Origin: Longivirga aurantiaca
GTDB taxonomy: Bacteria > Actinomycetota > Actinomycetes > S36-B12 > CAIYMF01
Reading direction: 5' to 3'
NCBI RefSeq assembly: GCF_042660085.1
Contig: NZ_JBHSTI010000008.1
Coordinates: 1,629,876-1,661,875, forward strand
DNA length: 32,000 nucleotides
Part shown: positions 29,401 through 32,000 of the stretch, piece after piece
Layout: every line of letters starts with the position of its first letter
How positions within the stretch are numbered: position 1 is the stretch's first letter
The notes under the pieces: generated by a model
Database searches by the model: none
Told to the model about the DNA's origin: nothing
The model's input: only the letters and a program-made list of their open reading frames with translations
Translations under genes and position numbers: made by a program

Positions 29401-29903
29401 GACGACTCCCCCGCCGCCTCGAGGAAGACGAAGCGGTACTTGCCGATCTGCACCTCGTCGCCGCCCGAGAGCAGCTGGCGGTCGATGCGTCGTCGGTTGA
29501 CGTAGCTGCCGTTCAGGGAGCCGGAGTCGGCGAGCTCCCACGTGCCGTCGACGGCGTGCAGCTCGGCGTGCCGGCGCGAGACGGTGACGTCGTCGAGGAA
29601 CAGGTCGCAGTCGGGCGCACGGCCGAGCACCACGGTGCCCAGAGCCGGGTCGAGATCGAAGCGGGCGCCCTCCTGGGGGCCGCGCAGGACGACGAGGACC
29701 GCGTGCCCGCGGCCGAGGCCGCCGACGCTGGTGGGGTCGACGGTGGGCAGGGGTGCGCTGTCGCCCTCGGAGGCGACGCGGACGCCGAGGACTCCGGTCT
29801 GGAACGCGGCCTCGGGGCCCGGGGCCAGCTCTGCTCCGCACGAGGCGCAGAAGTGGTCGAGGTCCTCCGCCAGGTGACCGCACCTGGGGCACTGCCGGCT
29901 CAT
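29397..29903 (-). CDS. garA: FHA-domain protein of the GarA/OdhI type, with an N-terminal CxxC...CxxC zinc ribbon
   Basis: FHA core: LVVLRGPQEGARFDL...GRAPDCDLFLDDVTVSRRHAEL...GSLNGSYVNRRRI...GDEVQIGKYRFVFL. N-terminus: MSRQCPRCGHLAEDLDHFCASCG. Position matches Rv1827, between gcvH and the MerR gene. Confidence 0.85.
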   Translation of the reverse strand: MSRQCPRCGHLAEDLDHFCASCGAELAPGPEAAFQTGVLGVRVASEGDSAPLPTVDPTSVGGLGRGHAVLVVLRGPQEGARFDLDPALGTVVLGRAPDCDLFLDDVTVSRRHAELHAVDGTWELADSGSLNGSYVNRRRIDRQLLSGGDEVQIGKYRFVFLEAAGESS

Positions 29904-29940
29904 AGCCCGCCTCCACTCGACCGCACTGCCGAACGAGAAG

Positions 29941-29961
29941 CCCTCGACATCGCGTCGAGGG
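29941..29961 (-). promoter_or_regulatory. 5'-proximal stem-loop in the predicted garA leader
   Basis: ccctcgac-atcgc-gtcgaggg (8-bp perfect arms), immediately downstream of the predicted -10. Confidence 0.35.
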
Positions 29962-29970
29962 TCGGGAGCG

Positions 29971-30000
29971 AGACTACGGACCCGCGTGCAGCAGGGTCAA
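29971..30000 (-). promoter_or_regulatory. Putative sigma-A-type promoter for the garA-merR operon
   Basis: On the minus strand: TTGACC (30000-29995), 18-nt spacer, TAGTCT (29976-29971). Confidence 0.45.
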
Positions 30001-30039
30001 CAGGCCGAACCCTCGACCTCAGGTCAAGGGTTCGGCCTG
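30001..30039 (-). terminator. Strong stem-loop after gcvH
   Basis: caggccgaaccct / agggttcggcctg form 13 bp of perfect pairing. The apical part has an additional gacc-tca-ggtc stem. Located 25 nt after the gcvH stop. Confidence 0.6.
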
Positions 30040-30064
30040 GACGGTGCTGAGCGGACGGCTCCGG

Positions 30065-30454
30065 TCAGGAGCCGGTGAGGGCGACGTACCCGGCGGCGTC
30101 GAGCAGGTCGTCGAGCGAGGTCCCCTCGGCGACCCGGACCTCGGCGAGCCATCCGGCGCCGTAGGGGTCGGAGTTGATGGTCTCGGGGCTGGTCTCGACG
30201 GCGTCGTTGCATGCCACGACGGTGCCCGAGACCGGTGCGTAGATGTCCGAGACGCTCTTGGTCGACTCGACCTCGCCGCACGGCTCCCCCGCGCTGACGT
30301 CGGCGCCGACGGTGGGCAACGTGACGAAGACGATGTCGCCGAGCGCGTCCTGCGCGTGGTCGGTGATGCCGAAGCGCACGGTGCCGTCCGCGGTCAGGTC
30401 GACCCACTCGTGCTCGCGGGTGTAGCGCAGGTTCTCGGGGGTCTGGCCGGCCAT
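30065..30454 (-). CDS. gcvH: Glycine cleavage system H protein
   Basis: YTREHEWV...GITDHAQDALGDIVFV.LP.VG...GEVESTKSVSDIYAPVSG (lipoyl-lysine ESTK motif). ATG at 30454 follows AGGAG. Confidence 0.95.
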   Translation of the reverse strand: MAGQTPENLRYTREHEWVDLTADGTVRFGITDHAQDALGDIVFVTLPTVGADVSAGEPCGEVESTKSVSDIYAPVSGTVVACNDAVETSPETINSDPYGAGWLAEVRVAEGTSLDDLLDAAGYVALTGS

Positions 30455-30476
30455 GCGGGGGGCTCCTTCGGTGAGG

Positions 30477-31250
30477 TCACGAGCCGCTGGGGCTCGGTGC
30501 GGGGCGAGCGTATTGCGGGGTCGAGACGGGCTGCAACGCGCGGACCACGACCTCGGTCTCCTGGACCACGTCGATGCTGCCGCCGGCGGTGCGCACGGTG
30601 TCGGCCACACCACCCGGGATCTCGAGCGCCGTGGCGAGGGTCGCGGCGTCACCGATCACCTGCAGCCGGTACGGCGAGGTCAGCACCGTGCCGGACACGG
30701 ACACCCCGGACGGGTCGTCCTCGAACCAGGTCGAGGCCACCACGCGGACGTCGCCGATCTGGATCGCCTCGGCGCCCGCGTCGCGCAGCTCCTGCACGGC
30801 GTCGAGCAGGACCGCCGAGGTGATCGCCCCCCCGCCGTCCTGCAACGTCACCCGGATGCCCGTGCCGACCGCGGGCACCGTGCCCGCCAGGATCGCGAGG
30901 GCGTCCGCCCGCGCCCGCGAGGCAGCGAGGCGCTGCTCCTCGCTGCCCGACAGCAGCCGGTCGCGGGCGGCCTCGAGGGCTCGCTGCTCGGCCTGCAGCC
31001 GGATCTGCCGCTCGGTGAGGTCGTCGAGCACGCGGACGACCTCGTCCTCGCGAGCCGTGGCCAGCAGACCGGTCTGGGCGGAGGCCTGGGTGGCCGCGAC
31101 GCCGGCGAAGCCGAGACCGACGAACAGGAGGCCGATGACGAGCTGCTGCACCGTCGCACGCGGGGCCAGCGCGGTGCGCAGCCGTGCGCGGGCGGTCTGC
31201 TCCTCCCGGCCTTCGGCGTCGGTCGCGGGCGGGGTGCTCTCGTCGCTCAT
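30477..31250 (-). CDS. DUF881 domain-containing membrane-anchored protein (Rv1825-like)
   Basis: N-terminal TM segment, a coiled-coil segment, then a C-terminal DUF881 pattern (...AIQIGDVRVVASTWFED...YRLQVIGD...). Confidence 0.85.
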   Translation of the reverse strand: MSDESTPPATDAEGREEQTARARLRTALAPRATVQQLVIGLLFVGLGFAGVAATQASAQTGLLATAREDEVVRVLDDLTERQIRLQAEQRALEAARDRLLSGSEEQRLAASRARADALAILAGTVPAVGTGIRVTLQDGGGAITSAVLLDAVQELRDAGAEAIQIGDVRVVASTWFEDDPSGVSVSGTVLTSPYRLQVIGDAATLATALEIPGGVADTVRTAGGSIDVVQETEVVVRALQPVSTPQYARPAPSPSGS

Positions 31251-31256
31251 CCGGTG

Positions 31257-31589
31257 TCAGGCCTTCAGCAGACGGCGGCGGATGGCGGCAACGTTGGCGA
31301 AGATGCGCATCGCCAGGACGACCACGACTCCCGTCGAGATCTGCGCACCGACGCCGAGCTGGTCGCCGAGGAAGACCAGGAGCGCCGCCACCACGACGTT
31401 CGACAGGAACGAGATCACGAACACCCGGTCGTCGAACACGCCGTCGAGGAGGGCGCGCGCGGCGCCGAAGACGGCGTCGAGCGCCGCGACGACGGCGATG
31501 GGCAGGTACGGCTGCATCCAGAGCGGCACGTCCGGCTGGAGGATCACGCCGAGGATGATGCCGACGAGCAGACCGACTGCGGCGATCAC
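31257..31589 (-). CDS. Small basic protein (DUF1290; Rv1824 / B. subtilis Sbp-like)
   Basis: VIAAVGLLVGIILGV...PYLPIAVVAALDAVFGAARA...FISFLSNVVVAALLVFLGDQLGV. GTG at 31589 sits 7 nt after AGGAGG. GTGA overlap with the upstream gene. Confidence 0.85.
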   Translation of the reverse strand: MIAAVGLLVGIILGVILQPDVPLWMQPYLPIAVVAALDAVFGAARALLDGVFDDRVFVISFLSNVVVAALLVFLGDQLGVGAQISTGVVVVLAMRIFANVAAIRRRLLKA

Positions 31590-32000
31590 GATCCTGCCTC
31601 CTTGCTCGTGCCGGCGTCCGGGTCGGCCCCGGCGCTCGCCGACGACCCTGCCACGGTATCCGCGCCGAGGCTCGGCACCCGCGCACGCACCGGGAGCAGC
31701 GCCGTCGAGGCGGGCAGGGTCAGGGACGTCGCCTGCTCGAACGAGAGCTTGACCCCGAACTGCTGCACGACGTCGTCGAGCTCGTTCCCCGACGTGGTCC
31801 GCGGGAACGCGACGGCGAGCGCGGCGCCGTCCCCGATCGCCTCGACCCGGTACGGCGGCAGCAGCGGGCGGAAGTCGACCAGGATCGCCGCGCCGGCCGA
31901 GCGGATGGCGGTGGTCGAGGTGAGCCTCACCCCGTTGACGGCGATCGCCTCGGCGCCCGAGGCCCACAGCGCGTTCACGGCGTTCTGCACGTCCGTGTCG
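31586..32000 (-). CDS. DUF881 domain-containing protein (Rv1823-like), C-terminal part; gene runs off the right edge
   Basis: ...NALWASGAEAIAVNGVRLTSTTAIRSAGAAILVDFRPLLPPYRVEAIGD... is the DUF881 core, paralogous to 30477-31250. Confidence 0.8.
   Translation of the reverse strand, partial: DTDVQNAVNALWASGAEAIAVNGVRLTSTTAIRSAGAAILVDFRPLLPPYRVEAIGDGAALAVAFPRTTSGNELDDVVQQFGVKLSFEQATSLTLPASTALLPVRARVPSLGADTVAGSSASAGADPDAGTSKEAGS

Overview
High-GC (about 72% in hand-counted samples) actinobacterial chromosomal DNA. The gene content and order look like Micrococcales or a related Actinomycetota lineage, but I cannot name the species. No searches were run, so every family call rests on motifs read in the supplied translations and on remembered synteny. 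The window is densely coded, with about 38 CDSs, one tRNA-Leu(GAG) and one tandem glycine riboswitch. I saw no transposase, integrase, CRISPR array or recognisable defence system.

Layout:
- 1-7.2 kb: housekeeping genes (histidine phosphatase, CorA, UppP, F420-type LLM oxidoreductase, aldo/keto reductase, DUF5703, M20 peptidase).
- 7.26 kb: tRNA-Leu, followed by the most accessory-looking stretch. It holds a secreted M43 metalloprotease, an SGNH hydrolase, and a same-strand glycan-modification gene set: a GT2, an ABC-exporter-like membrane domain with no ATPase, and a GT-A/pyruvyl-transferase fusion. The last two genes are clearly lower in GC.
- 12.8-23.9 kb: mixed small genes (two GNATs, flavodoxin, S1 protease, EamA exporter, ABC-F ATPase, DUF1304, DUF2277, ABC-2 exporter pair, DUF4916, SRPBCC, hotdog thioesterase, HAD phosphatase, lipoprotein).
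- 24-32 kb: a block syntenic with M. tuberculosis Rv1823-Rv1832. It contains gcvP behind a tandem glycine riboswitch, then MerR, a DUF151 nuclease-like gene, a second MerR, FHA/GarA, gcvH, and DUF881-DUF1290-DUF881.

Most interesting observations:
- The low-GC pyruvyl-transferase, orphan membrane domain and GT2 module.
- An 18-nt perfect inverted repeat bracketing the small DUF5703 gene.
- A recurring CCCTCGAC/GTCGAGGG(TT) hairpin motif in the non-coding regions of the MerR/DUF151/GarA cluster.
- A GarA-like FHA protein whose N-terminus is a zinc ribbon.
- A recurrent TANNNT-N6-8-start (leaderless-type) architecture.

Nothing here is a clear-cut new system. All functional ideas are hypotheses.
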